From Candidatus Gastranaerophilaceae bacterium (GTDB lineage: Bacteria > Cyanobacteriota > Vampirovibrionia > Gastranaerophilales > Gastranaerophilaceae): a stretch of DNA of 64,000 bases. The stretch's first letter is position 1; every line of letters starts with the position of its first letter. The stretch is from assembly GCA_045651695.1 (NCBI GenBank), contig JAZRSZ010000050.1:1701-65700 (forward strand). The letters run 5' to 3'. This document shows, piece after piece, positions 8,632 to 17,972 of this stretch. A program made the position numbers and the translations under genes. Under the pieces are notes generated by a model that was not told the DNA's origin, made no database searches, and saw only the letters and a list, made by a program, of their open reading frames with translations.

Positions 8632-9276
8632 TTACGTGTTAAATATTCTGTCGCCAGCATCACCCATACCTGGTACAATATAACCTTTTTCATTCAAATG
8701 GTCATCTATTGCGGCAGTAATGATTTCAATATCTGGATACTTTTCGTGAATATTTTTTATACCCTCTGGGGCTGCAATTATACAAATAACTTTAATATTA
8801 TCTATTGGAATACCTTTATCTGCATATAATTTAATTGCTTCAATCAAAGAATTTCCTGTCGCAAGCATTGGGTCTGTAATATATATATAAAACTTTTCAG
8901 GATTTGGGGCTTCCATAGGAACTTTGTTGTAATACCAAACTGGTTTTAGAGTTTCTTCATCCCTATACATTCCAATATGGCGAATACATGCCTGTGGCAA
9001 AATATCAATCGCTTCATCTGTAAATATCAACCCTGCACGGAGAATTGGGGAAATAATCAAGTTTATATCTGGATCCACAGTTTTCGCTTTGAATGTAGTT
9101 AATGGAGTTGTTACATCTTTTTCGACAAGTGGCAAATTTTGTGCTGCTTCATACAACAAGCATCTTGTGATTTTTCGTGTTGCAATTCTTACACCTTGGC
9201 TATCTGTTTTTTTATCACGCATTGTACATAGATTTAACAACACAACAGGATTTGTAATAACTCTAACATTATTCAT
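8632..9276 (-). CDS. upp: Uracil phosphoribosyltransferase.
   Basis: The length (214 aa) and motifs fit Upp: LRAGL, ITDPMLATGNS (PRPP loop) and the C-terminal IVPGMGDAGDRIFNT. Confidence 0.9.
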   Translation of the reverse strand: MNNVRVITNPVVLLNLCTMRDKKTDSQGVRIATRKITRCLLYEAAQNLPLVEKDVTTPLTTFKAKTVDPDINLIISPILRAGLIFTDEAIDILPQACIRHIGMYRDEETLKPVWYYNKVPMEAPNPEKFYIYITDPMLATGNSLIEAIKLYADKGIPIDNIKVICIIAAPEGIKNIHEKYPDIEIITAAIDDHLNEKGYIVPGMGDAGDRIFNT

Positions 9277-9895
9277 TTTTAGTCCCTTTCCACTTATCTA
9301 TAAATTTTGTTCTTTTGTTTGAAACATCATCAACAAATTTATTCAACTTATTAACTTTTTTCATCGCACTATCTGGTTCAACTTTTAATTTATTATCACT
9401 TATCACACCAACTTTGTCTCCAAAGTTTGTAATACGGGAACCAATAGAATCTATTTTGGTAAACATTTCATTTATTAATAATAATGAATCATTAAGTCTT
9501 CTAGGATCTTTTACTACAACTAATTTGTCAGTTTTATTATTATCGTCTGGAGCATATAACTCTAAACTCTTAGATCCACCAAGTCCATTAAATTCAACTC
9601 CGGCAACAACGCCTTGAGGCAGAACTACATCTTCCTCTGTAATAATAAACTTAACAAAAACCCTATCACTCAATAATTTTATGTCTTTGATATAACCAAC
9701 TTGAACACCCAAGTATTTTACAGGAGAACCAATAATCATCCCATCGGCATCTTGCATAAATATTTGATAACTCTCAAATTGCTTTTGCTTTTCATAATTA
9801 TGAATACGGAAAGCAAAAATACAAACACAAAGGATAATAAACCATAATAAAAATTCTAACCAAGTATATAATCTGATGTTATCTTTAAATTTCAT
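9269..9895 (-). CDS. MlaD/Mce-family protein. The start is revised to the ATG at 9895.
   Basis: One N-terminal TM segment (WLEFLLWFIILCVCIFAF) is followed by the Mce core GSPVKYLGVQVGYIKDI. The TTG at 9931 used by the ORF track coincides with a -35-like TTGCAA. It overlaps the upp start by 8 nt, consistent with an operon. Confidence 0.75.
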   Translation of the reverse strand: MKFKDNIRLYTWLEFLLWFIILCVCIFAFRIHNYEKQKQFESYQIFMQDADGMIIGSPVKYLGVQVGYIKDIKLLSDRVFVKFIITEEDVVLPQGVVAGVEFNGLGGSKSLELYAPDDNNKTDKLVVVKDPRRLNDSLLLINEMFTKIDSIGSRITNFGDKVGVISDNKLKVEPDSAMKKVNKLNKFVDDVSNKRTKFIDKWKGTKNE

Positions 9896-9901
9896 ATGCT
9901 T

Positions 9902-9931
9902 ATTATACAATGAAATCCTAATTACTTGCAA
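9902..9931 (-). promoter_or_regulatory. Sigma-70-like promoter TTGCAA-18 nt-TATAAT, placed so that transcription would start at or next to the mlaD-like ATG (possible leaderless mRNA).
   Basis: The minus strand reads AAATTTGCAAGTAATTAGGATTTCATTGTATAATAAGCATATG. Only 6 nt separate TATAAT from the ATG, and there is no SD. Confidence 0.45.
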
Positions 9932-9975
9932 ATTTTTTTTTTGTATTATAAGATAATAAAAAAGAGGTTTAAAAA

Positions 9976-10215
9976 ATGGAACAAATAATTAAAGTAGCGT
10001 GGGATTTAAACGAAAACACAGAAAACAGATACCAATTAGTTTATGAAATTGCTGAATTGGCTAAAAAACTAGTTGACGAAACACAAGCAAAAAAAGCTCG
10101 TGAAGATTATGGTTTCGAAGAATCTTTCGAAGGTTCTTATACAAAAGAAAATCCTGTTGAACACGCAATTATGGTTAAAGCATCTGAAGCAGATGACAAC
10201 CGTTTAGTAGGTTAA
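9976..10215 (+). CDS. rpoZ: Probable DNA-directed RNA polymerase omega subunit.
   Basis: It is 79 aa with a NRYQLVYEIAELAKKL motif resembling the omega NRYxLvxxaaxRArqL helix. It has a strong SD (AAAGAGG) and its own terminator. The assignment rests on motif and size only. Confidence 0.55.
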   Translation: MEQIIKVAWDLNENTENRYQLVYEIAELAKKLVDETQAKKAREDYGFEESFEGSYTKENPVEHAIMVKASEADDNRLVG

Positions 10216-10226
10216 TAATTTACGTT

Positions 10227-10255
10227 AAAACACGAGAGTAATCTCGTGTTTTATT
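10227..10255 (+). terminator. Intrinsic terminator after the rpoZ-like gene.
   Basis: ACACGAGA-GTAA-TCTCGTGT is followed by TTTTATT. Confidence 0.8.
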
Positions 10256-10278
10256 GTGTCCTTAGGGGGTATAGTGTT

Positions 10279-11076
10279 ATGGATAAGACAATTGAATTTA
10301 TTGAAAAACAAATTAATGATTTTAAACCTGAAATAGCAATCGTTTTAGGGTCTGGTCTTGGTGAATTTGCAGATGAACATTGCGATTATGCAATAGCATA
10401 TTCTGAAATTCCAAACTTTATAAAGTCAAACGTAGTTGGACATAAGGGACGATTAGTTTTTGCCGAAATCGAAGGTAAAAAAGTTATGATGATGCAAGGT
10501 AGATGCCACTACTACGAAGGTCATTCAATGGCAGATATTACTTATCCTATTAAAGTAATGAAAAAATTGGGCATAAAAACTGTTATTCTAACAAATGCCG
10601 CTGGAGCAATTAACGAAAGTTTCAGACCAGCAGATTTAATGATTATAACCGACCATATCAATAATATGCCGAACCCTCTAATTGGCAAAAATGATGACTC
10701 ATTAGGAGAAAGATTCCCTGATATGAGCGAAGTTTACAAGAAAAATTTGGTTAAAATTGCAGAAAAATGCGCTGAGAAATTGTTTATCGACATTCAAAAA
10801 GGTGTTTATATGGCTTCAACAGGACCGAGTTATGAAACTCCAGCAGAAGTTAATATGGCAAGACTTTTAGGCGCAGACGCTATCGGTATGTCAACTGCAC
10901 CAGAAGCAATCGTCGCAAATTACTGCGGTTTGAACGTTTTGGGTATTAGTTGCATTTCAAACTCCGCAAGTGGAATTACAGATATTAAACTTTCTCACGA
11001 AGAAGTTATTGAAACAACAAATAAAGCAAAAAACAGATTTAAAAGTTTGATTATCGAAATATTAAAAAATCTATAA
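10279..11076 (+). CDS. punA: Purine nucleoside phosphorylase (trimeric PNP/PunA type). The start is revised to the ATG at 10279.
   Basis: Motifs are AIVLGSGLGEFAD, GHKGRLVFAEIEGKKVMMMQGRCHYYEGHS, GPSYETPAE and GADAIGMSTAPE. The track start at 10246 lies inside the upstream terminator hairpin. Confidence 0.85.
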   Translation: MDKTIEFIEKQINDFKPEIAIVLGSGLGEFADEHCDYAIAYSEIPNFIKSNVVGHKGRLVFAEIEGKKVMMMQGRCHYYEGHSMADITYPIKVMKKLGIKTVILTNAAGAINESFRPADLMIITDHINNMPNPLIGKNDDSLGERFPDMSEVYKKNLVKIAEKCAEKLFIDIQKGVYMASTGPSYETPAEVNMARLLGADAIGMSTAPEAIVANYCGLNVLGISCISNSASGITDIKLSHEEVIETTNKAKNRFKSLIIEILKNL

Positions 11077-11142
11077 TACTTTCTGCTATTGATTTATAAT
11101 TTCCGGTAATATAAAATAAAAAAAGAAAGAATAGGGAGAAAT

Positions 11143-12309
11143 ATGAATAAAAAAAATTTATTGATTGGAATTATTGGGATTATCGGACTTATAACTACAA
11201 TAAAACTTGGTATTATTTATTATAATGCAAACTTTAATCCATATGCTTTATCAAGTTTTTGCTCTGTAAATGATTTTGTAGATTGCGACGGCATCGCAAA
11301 AACATCAGAATCTCAATTTTTAGGAGTCCCTCTTGCATTTTGGGGAATGTTCCTTTACGCATTTATTTTCTTACTACTTTTTGTAGATAAATTAAAAAAT
11401 CATAAATGGCTAAAATTTTTAGAAGTATTCAAAAACCCTATGTCATACATCGCAGTTCTAGGTGTTGTTTCTTTCTCTATCTCAATGATTTTACTTTGCA
11501 TAAGCCTATTCGAAATCAAAAAAATATGCATACTTTGTGCATTTACATATATACTAAACTTGCTAATTGGTTTAATCGCAGTAAAAGGAATTGGATTTAA
11601 AAAGGCATTCAAAGATAGCGTTCAAGACCTTATTGATGGTGTAAAAATTAAAAAATATGGGATTGCACTTGGTGTTGTGGCTTTGCTTGCTACAATATTT
11701 TTGACTTACACAAGAATAACTTATGTTTTTGCACCACACGTAAAAAGACAAGCCGAATTCAAAGAATTTAGGGCAAAAACTAACAAATATGCTGTTTCTG
11801 GGAATTTATTAGGTAGCGAAAACCCTGAAATTGTGGTTCAAATTTTCACCGATTACCGTTGTCCTATGTGTAAAGCACATAACATAATGGTTCACAAGTT
11901 AGCAAAAGAACACAAAAATATCAAAATCGAACATTATAGTTTACCTTTAGATACTGAATGTAATAAATACTTACATCAAGAATTTCATAAAGGTTCTTGC
12001 ACAATGGCACAATTTGCAATTGCAGCAGAAAAACAAGGTAAATTCTGGGATATGAATAATAAATTGTTCGAAAAACAACCAAATAATATTAAAGAAATCC
12101 TTGAAATTGCTCAAAATTTAAAACTTGATATCGACAAACTTTTAGATGATGCAAATAGTTTTGAAACAATACGTAGAGTTCAAGCCGATATCGATAAAGC
12201 ATATGGATACGGAATTAATGGAACTCCAACAACCGTTATAAATGGTGAAGTCCGCATGGGTATGAAACCATATTCCGAAATGAAAGAATGGTTAAAGAAT
12301 GTCAAATAA
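11143..12309 (+). CDS. Vitamin K epoxide reductase (VKOR) fused to a DsbA/thioredoxin-like domain.
   Basis: The N-terminal part has several TM segments with CSVNDFVDCDGIAKTSESQFLGVPLAFWGM and a CILCAFTY pair. The C-terminal part is a thioredoxin fold with a CPMC active site (FTDYRCPMCKAHN) ... GINGTPTTVING. Confidence 0.85.
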   Translation: MNKKNLLIGIIGIIGLITTIKLGIIYYNANFNPYALSSFCSVNDFVDCDGIAKTSESQFLGVPLAFWGMFLYAFIFLLLFVDKLKNHKWLKFLEVFKNPMSYIAVLGVVSFSISMILLCISLFEIKKICILCAFTYILNLLIGLIAVKGIGFKKAFKDSVQDLIDGVKIKKYGIALGVVALLATIFLTYTRITYVFAPHVKRQAEFKEFRAKTNKYAVSGNLLGSENPEIVVQIFTDYRCPMCKAHNIMVHKLAKEHKNIKIEHYSLPLDTECNKYLHQEFHKGSCTMAQFAIAAEKQGKFWDMNNKLFEKQPNNIKEILEIAQNLKLDIDKLLDDANSFETIRRVQADIDKAYGYGINGTPTTVINGEVRMGMKPYSEMKEWLKNVK

Positions 12310-12838
12310 AATAATTTTGCATTCTTGTTGTGCAATTTGTTCAGCATACCCTATAAAAATGCTTCAAGAATTAGGATATGAAGTTGTTTCTTATTTTTAT
12401 AACCCGAACATATTCCCTAAAAATGAATACGATAAGAGATTTGAATCACACAAAAAACTTTGTAAACATTTTGGAATAGAATTAATAGAAGGAGAATATG
12501 CTACCGAAACATTTTACAATGCTTGCAAAGGACTAGAACAAGAACCTGAAAAGGGCGCAAGATGTGATAAATGTTTTGAACTTCGCCTACTAGAAACTGC
12601 AAAATTAGCAAAAAACTTAGGTATAAAAGAATTCACAACATCTATTGTAATAAGCCCTCATAAAAACTTCGCAAAACTTTCTTCATTAGGCGAAAATATA
12701 GCAAAAGACTTAAACTTAAAATTCAAAGCAATTGATTTTAAAAAACAAGATGGATTTTTAAAAACAAACCAGATATCAAAAGAATTAGAATTGTATAGAC
12801 AAAATTACTGTGGATGCGAATTCAGTATTAGGAAATAA
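12299..12838 (+). CDS. queH: Epoxyqueuosine reductase QueH (DUF208 family).
   Basis: Motifs are LHSCCAICSAYP...YFYNPNI.P..EY..R...., RCDKCFELRL and the C-terminal YRQNYCGCEFS. Confidence 0.85.
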   Translation: MSNKIILHSCCAICSAYPIKMLQELGYEVVSYFYNPNIFPKNEYDKRFESHKKLCKHFGIELIEGEYATETFYNACKGLEQEPEKGARCDKCFELRLLETAKLAKNLGIKEFTTSIVISPHKNFAKLSSLGENIAKDLNLKFKAIDFKKQDGFLKTNQISKELELYRQNYCGCEFSIRK

Positions 12839-12862
12839 ATTTGTTTAAGATATAATAAAAGC

Positions 12863-13435
12863 ATGCACGAAATATTATCACAATTAAATGTATTATTTCA
12901 GAGTTGGGGTATTGCAGGACTTGCAATAAATGCTTTTATTGAAAGTTTCTTTCTGGCTCCACCTCCTGATTTTTTACTTATTACAATGGATTTGGCAAAA
13001 CCAGAAAAAGCATTATTGTACGCTGCCATCTCCACATTAGCATCTGTAACCGGTGGCTCCTTTGGTTATGCGTTAGGTAAATTCGGCGGCAGACCTGTGT
13101 TTAATTTTATATTTAAAAATAAACAAGAACAAATTGCTGTAGTTGAAAATATGTACGAAAAATACGGTCCTTATGCAGTATTTTTCGCTGCATTTTCTCC
13201 TGTTCCATTCAACGTTTTTACATTAGCAAGCGGTCTTTTAAACATGAAATTTTTACCATTCTTCCTCGCTAGTGTTTTAGGGAGAGGATTAAGATTCTTC
13301 TTGGTAAGTACTGTTCTTATGCTTTTTGGAGAAATGGTTAAACAATATATTAATCTTTTCATAATTTTTGGAACAATAATTATCATTATTTTCTTTGCAA
13401 TTTTGTACTCAAAAAAACACTTATTCCATAAATAA
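12863..13435 (+). CDS. DedA/YqaA-family (SNARE-associated) membrane protein.
   Basis: It is 190 aa with multiple TM segments and the motifs ESFFLAPPPDFLLI...GGSFGYALGKFGGRPV...FAAFSPVPFNVFTLASG. Confidence 0.75.
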   Translation: MHEILSQLNVLFQSWGIAGLAINAFIESFFLAPPPDFLLITMDLAKPEKALLYAAISTLASVTGGSFGYALGKFGGRPVFNFIFKNKQEQIAVVENMYEKYGPYAVFFAAFSPVPFNVFTLASGLLNMKFLPFFLASVLGRGLRFFLVSTVLMLFGEMVKQYINLFIIFGTIIIIIFFAILYSKKHLFHK

Positions 13436-13480
13436 TTTCATATATTTATATTATTAAATCTTTTTAAAAATGTTATATAA

Positions 13481-13508
13481 TTGATTTATATAAAAAAATC
13501 ATTATAAT
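13481..13508 (+). promoter_or_regulatory. Sigma-70-like promoter TTGATT-16 nt-TATAAT upstream of the 13530 gene.
   Basis: TTGATT lies at 13481-13486 and TATAAT at 13503-13508, followed by the SD GAAGGA and the ATG at 13530. Confidence 0.5.
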
Positions 13509-13529
13509 AATATCAGAAGGAAAAAATAT

Positions 13530-14540
13530 ATGAAAAAAACTTTACTATTATTATTGGCAACAATTTTTGTTAGTTCACCTGCGTTAGCAGTTCCAGGTGC
13601 TTTTGGCTACGATTTAGAAGCAGACATCAATAGAAACAATCCAAAATATTCTAAAAATAAAGCAAAATCTAACACCGCAACGAAAACTAAAACTAAAAAA
13701 ACTAAAAATACCGAAGCACAAGCCCCACAATTCCACGGAGACAACATTGAAGCGACTTGGGAAGATGAAGTTTGTCACTACCCAAATGCAACAATGAAAA
13801 CAGCCGTTGCAAAATACAAAACAGGAAATTACTCTGGCGCATTACAAGAATTAATTTCAATAACAAAGAAAGACCCTTCAAATCCCGTTGTGTATTATTA
13901 TCTAGGCATGGCATATACACAAGTTGGAAATAAAGACCAAGCCATAAAAGCATACGAAAATGTTATAAGACTAAATTCTGACGATACACTAACAAAATAT
14001 GCAACAAAAGGTCGCGATTGCTTAGTTGGTGGTCCAACTTGCCAGGAAGAAACCACCGATTCTAGTCTTGAAGAATTCGTTAATTCTCCATACGGAAATG
14101 GTTTATCAAAAGAAATTAACCAAAATATAAAACAACAAGAATTAAAAAGAATCAAAGATACTATCAATAAAAAACAAATTTTAGACGAAAAAGATATCGA
14201 CAGAATCCAAGATTTTGATGATAATACTTCTGAAGTAAAACCATCAGAAAAAGTTGCAACTTCAGATAAAGATATTTTATCAGCGATTGAAACACTAAAA
14301 AATGCTGGTATTACTGTTACTGTAAATCCTTATCAACAACCAATGATGGAAAATAATGAATATGCACAACTTCAAATGCTATTCGGGAACAACAACAATA
14401 ACAATAATTCTATGATGAGCATGTTACCTTATTTGATGAGCCAAAATCAATCTGGTAAAAACATTGATCCTCAAATTTTTCAATCAATGATGATGAATTC
14501 AATGATTCCTGATTTTACTTTTAACGATAAAAGAGACTAA
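13530..14540 (+). CDS. Secreted TPR-repeat protein with a Q/N/M-rich C-terminal tail.
   Basis: Signal peptide MKKTLLLLLATIFVSSPALA, TPR-like VVYYYLGMAYTQVGNKDQAIKAYENVIRLN, and the tail NNNNNNNSMMSMLPYLMSQNQ. Confidence 0.6.
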   Translation: MKKTLLLLLATIFVSSPALAVPGAFGYDLEADINRNNPKYSKNKAKSNTATKTKTKKTKNTEAQAPQFHGDNIEATWEDEVCHYPNATMKTAVAKYKTGNYSGALQELISITKKDPSNPVVYYYLGMAYTQVGNKDQAIKAYENVIRLNSDDTLTKYATKGRDCLVGGPTCQEETTDSSLEEFVNSPYGNGLSKEINQNIKQQELKRIKDTINKKQILDEKDIDRIQDFDDNTSEVKPSEKVATSDKDILSAIETLKNAGITVTVNPYQQPMMENNEYAQLQMLFGNNNNNNNSMMSMLPYLMSQNQSGKNIDPQIFQSMMMNSMIPDFTFNDKRD

Positions 14541-15133
14541 TGAATTTTAATTATGAAACAGCAAAAAAAGATTTCCTTGCAGCCAAAATAAAAGGCTGCA
14601 AAAAATTTTTTGAATTAAATAATTATAAACTCGAACAGGCATATTGTGAAATTGTTTTAGATAATCTTAAAAAAGCCAAGGCACTATTTGAAGAACTTGC
14701 TCCTATTGATGCTCGCGCTCATTGGGGACTTATAATTATTAGTTTTATAAAAGGACAAATAAACGAATACCCTACATATTTTGAATTAAGAAACTTTTTA
14801 GAAATCGATTTAAACATATTAATAAATTATTGCAAAGGCAATTACGTAGAAAAAATAGTCCGCTACGCAGACTTTATGTATACAATAAACCCTGAAACAC
14901 ACAAATTTATAGGTAGAGTATTTTTAAACAATGGAATGAAACCTCAAGCAATGTTTTTCTTAAAACGTGCAAAAGATTTCTTCTATAAAGACCCCGAGTT
15001 ACACTATATTTTGGCAGAAATATACTACAAAGACGAGGATGTCGCACTCTGCAAAAAGTCACTTAAAACATGTCTAGAAGTCCTGCCAGAATACGCTCCC
15101 GCAGTTGCACTATTAAAGAAAATTAGTAGTTAA
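14540..15133 (+). CDS. Hypothetical helical-repeat (TPR-like) protein.
   Basis: ORF with a start overlapping the upstream stop (TAATG). The C-terminus ELHYILAEIYYKDEDVALCKKSLKTCLEVLPEYAPA is TPR-like. Confidence 0.5.
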   Translation: MNFNYETAKKDFLAAKIKGCKKFFELNNYKLEQAYCEIVLDNLKKAKALFEELAPIDARAHWGLIIISFIKGQINEYPTYFELRNFLEIDLNILINYCKGNYVEKIVRYADFMYTINPETHKFIGRVFLNNGMKPQAMFFLKRAKDFFYKDPELHYILAEIYYKDEDVALCKKSLKTCLEVLPEYAPAVALLKKISS

Positions 15134-16731
15134 TTTTCAATATCTCTTCCGCCAACAATCTTAAGGTGTCTTTGTTCACCTTCACCAACAGACTTGGATT
15201 CCAAATTGTGTTGTTCAACTAGTTCATGTTGTAATTTTCTAATCTGCTGATTTTGAGGGCGTAATTCTATATTCTTTTCCGCACCGTCTAAAATCTTATT
15301 AATTGCAATTTTAGCCTCGTCCAATGCTCTTTCTGCATCATCATAGTACCCTCTTAGAGTTTCTGATGCTTCTTGAATATCAAGTGCTTCTTTTATAACT
15401 TTTTGGATTTGTGCCATTGAATTTGTTTTTACATAAAATATTTGAAGTCTGTAATCATTAGCAGTTGAAAGAACCTTCGCTCCACCTTTTGCAAAGTTTT
15501 TATGCGCGATTACAATATCTGCATCTTCTATGCTACGAGTAATTTCAGCATTCAAATCTAATCGTTCTATAACCTTTTCTACAATACTTCTTGAAACCGC
15601 ATATAAATAGATTTTTTTGAATTTTGTTTTTACGCTTTCAGTATAATCTTTTCTAGAGAATGTAAATTTCAAACTATCAACGGGCTCTGGTAATATTTTT
15701 TGTTCTAGTTTAGAAATTTCTTCGGATATTGTTCTTTCTTGAGGTTTTTCAACAACTTGATCAACTTTTCTAATTTCAGGTCTTATTGGCCAACCTCTTA
15801 AGATATAATCAACAGCCTCGGTCGTATCTTTATAAACCGCTAGAGTATTTCTATCTAAAATTTCTATAACAATATCAAATGTTGGTTGTTTTTCTCTCTC
15901 TAAAACTGTTTTTTGTGATGCTCTACGTTTTGCTTCATCATCACCCAATGTTACAGACTGAATACCACCAACCAAGTCAGATAATGTTGGGTTTTTAATC
16001 AAGTTTTCTAACGTATTACCGTGCGCAGTTGCAATCAACATAACACCACGCTCTGCAATTGTTCTTGCCGCTTGTGCTTCTTCTTCTGTACCAATTTCGT
16101 CAACAACAATAACTTCAGGAGTATGGTTTTCTACTGCCTCAATCATTATATCTTTTTGAAATTCAGGTTGTCTAACCTGCATACGACGTGCGTGACCTAT
16201 TGCTGGGTGTGGAGTGTCGCCATCACCTGCAATCTCGTTTGATGTATCAACAACAACAACCCTTTTTGCAAGTTCATCTGCAACTAAACGTGATATTTCT
16301 CTTAATTTTGTCGTTTTACCAACCCCAGGACGCCCAAGGAACAAAATACTCTTTCCTTGCATACAAAAATCTTTTATACACGCAATTGTCCCCGTAACGA
16401 CTCTACCAATTCTGCAAGTAAGACCTATAACTTTTCCTTGTCTATTCCTTATTGCACTTATCCTGTGGAGTGTTCCGGGGATACCTGAACGATTATCTGA
16501 AGTAAATTCTTGAACTCTCTGTGTGATAAAAGAAATATCATCATCAGTGACCTCTTGCGTACCTAAATACTCAATTTGACCCGATGAATGACGAATCTCT
16601 GGGACTCGCCCCACATCTAAAACAACCTCAATCACATCAGACATACCCTCAAAAGTTATATGCTTTCGAACCTTTTCGGGTAAGATTTCGATTAACTTTT
16701 CTAAATCATTCTGAAATTGTAATTTGCTCAT
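15130..16731 (-). CDS. Ycf45-like AAA ATPase with a C-terminal R3H domain (SpoIIIAA-like N-terminal ATPase).
   Basis: Walker A GRPGVGKTT, Walker B VIVVDEIG, and the C-terminal R3H-type segment LRPQNQQIRKLQHELVEQHNLESKSVGEGEQRHLKIV. This architecture is typical of cyanobacterial and plastid Ycf45. Confidence 0.8.
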   Translation of the reverse strand: MSKLQFQNDLEKLIEILPEKVRKHITFEGMSDVIEVVLDVGRVPEIRHSSGQIEYLGTQEVTDDDISFITQRVQEFTSDNRSGIPGTLHRISAIRNRQGKVIGLTCRIGRVVTGTIACIKDFCMQGKSILFLGRPGVGKTTKLREISRLVADELAKRVVVVDTSNEIAGDGDTPHPAIGHARRMQVRQPEFQKDIMIEAVENHTPEVIVVDEIGTEEEAQAARTIAERGVMLIATAHGNTLENLIKNPTLSDLVGGIQSVTLGDDEAKRRASQKTVLEREKQPTFDIVIEILDRNTLAVYKDTTEAVDYILRGWPIRPEIRKVDQVVEKPQERTISEEISKLEQKILPEPVDSLKFTFSRKDYTESVKTKFKKIYLYAVSRSIVEKVIERLDLNAEITRSIEDADIVIAHKNFAKGGAKVLSTANDYRLQIFYVKTNSMAQIQKVIKEALDIQEASETLRGYYDDAERALDEAKIAINKILDGAEKNIELRPQNQQIRKLQHELVEQHNLESKSVGEGEQRHLKIVGGRDIEN

Positions 16732-16802
16732 ATTTTCTCGCCTTTCCGTTCCACCAACGTAGAACTTGGGCCCTTGAGGATTTTCTTTTCTCCTCTAATA
16801 TT

Positions 16803-16811
16803 ATTATACCA
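16803..16811 (-). promoter_or_regulatory. Extended -10 element TGGTATAAT for the ycf45-like gene (about 65-nt leader).
   Basis: The minus strand reads AAAAAGTGGTATAATAATATTAGAGGAG..., and the leader contains a GAGGA...TCCTC hairpin. Confidence 0.45.
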
Positions 16812-16952
16812 CTTTTTTTACAATTTACATCAATCTTTTATATTACACGTGTAGTAATTTTACAAAACTTAATCGTGTTAACCTTACACCAAAAGAATTT
16901 TAGACAATTTAATAAGTTTTTAAAAAGATTTAAAAATAAATCTATTGATTGA

Positions 16953-16979
16953 TAAAAAAAAGAGCGTTTCTAAACGCTC
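16953..16979 (-). terminator. Intrinsic terminator of the methyltransferase gene.
   Basis: The minus strand reads GAGCGTTTAGAAACGCTC followed by TTTTTTTT. Confidence 0.8.
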
Positions 16980-17009
16980 AGGGGGTTACTTATTTTTCTT
17001 AGAAAGAAT

Positions 17010-17876
17010 TTAGTGTTTTTGGAATACCATTACGTATTCGTGTTTAAAAATATAAAATCCACCTGCTAATGCTCTATAACGCCATAGATTAGCAGTTTTC
17101 CCTTTTGCTCTCTCATTACCTTGCATATCTTTTACAATAATTGCTTTTAATGAGAAACCTAATTTTTGCATTCTTGCCATACATTCAAAGCCCAATGGTT
17201 GAACTTCTGAATTTTTGTAACTATCTCCAATAATAAGAGCAGCAAATCTTCCTTTTTCTAATAAGTCATATCCATTTTTTGCTACTTTTTCGAACAAATC
17301 GTAAAATTGTTCAGTACTTTCGCAATTAGAAAGATCCTCTTTTTTATCTGAAAATTTAATAATATCATCATAAGGTGGGTGTAAAATTAAAAATTGTGCA
17401 AAATCTTCCCCTAAAATTTCTAATCTTGCCTTAATTTTTTCTTTAGCAATTTCAGATGCGGAATCAGCACAAATGATATTTACATCAGTAACCAATTGTT
17501 TCGGAGTAAATTTTTCTGAAACTTTTTCTGCTAAATCTTCTTTTAATTCAACACCAATACAACGTCTGTTCATATTAATTGCTTCGATACCAGAAGTGCC
17601 TGAGCCAAAAAACAAATCTAAAACAACATCATTTTTCTTTGTAAATCTTTCATATAATTGTTGTGCAATTTGTGGGATATAATTACCATGGTATTCATTT
17701 GAATGGCCGTGTTCTTTAAGTCTTGACGGAAATTCCCAAAGAGTATCCGTTTTAACATGTCCGTAATCTCTCCAAGCATTCAAATTTATGTCACTGTATT
17801 TTGTAGTCTTAACCTTTTCAACGACTTGTAAGTCTGCTTTTCTTGATGGTTTTAATTTAGTATTAGTTCTAGCCAA
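17010..17876 (-). CDS. Orphan N6-adenine/N4-cytosine-type DNA methyltransferase-like protein (motif I before an HPPY motif IV).
   Basis: The segment YHGNYIPQIAQQLYERFTKKNDVVLDLFFGSGTSGIEA (SAM motif I, preceded by the HPxxxP-like helix of N4/N6 MTases) is followed by IGVEL, ICADSA and LILHPPYDD (motif IV). The gene is monocistronic with its own terminator, and there is no nuclease-like neighbour. Confidence 0.65.
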   Translation of the reverse strand: MARTNTKLKPSRKADLQVVEKVKTTKYSDINLNAWRDYGHVKTDTLWEFPSRLKEHGHSNEYHGNYIPQIAQQLYERFTKKNDVVLDLFFGSGTSGIEAINMNRRCIGVELKEDLAEKVSEKFTPKQLVTDVNIICADSASEIAKEKIKARLEILGEDFAQFLILHPPYDDIIKFSDKKEDLSNCESTEQFYDLFEKVAKNGYDLLEKGRFAALIIGDSYKNSEVQPLGFECMARMQKLGFSLKAIIVKDMQGNERAKGKTANLWRYRALAGGFYIFKHEYVMVFQKH

Positions 17877-17972
17877 CTTTCTTCCCCCCGTGATTTCTTC
17901 TCATATTTTATAAAATTGTTTCAAATTTGTAATCAAACATTTAGATGAATTTATATTTGATGTATAGTAAAC

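Noticed and set aside
16732-17972. The methyltransferase as part of a restriction-modification or other defence island.
   Set aside because: Both neighbours are housekeeping-type genes. The 278-bp and 96-bp flanking spacers contain no ORF of 60 aa or more that is not a shadow ORF, and no nuclease motifs. Only the orphan interpretation is retained.
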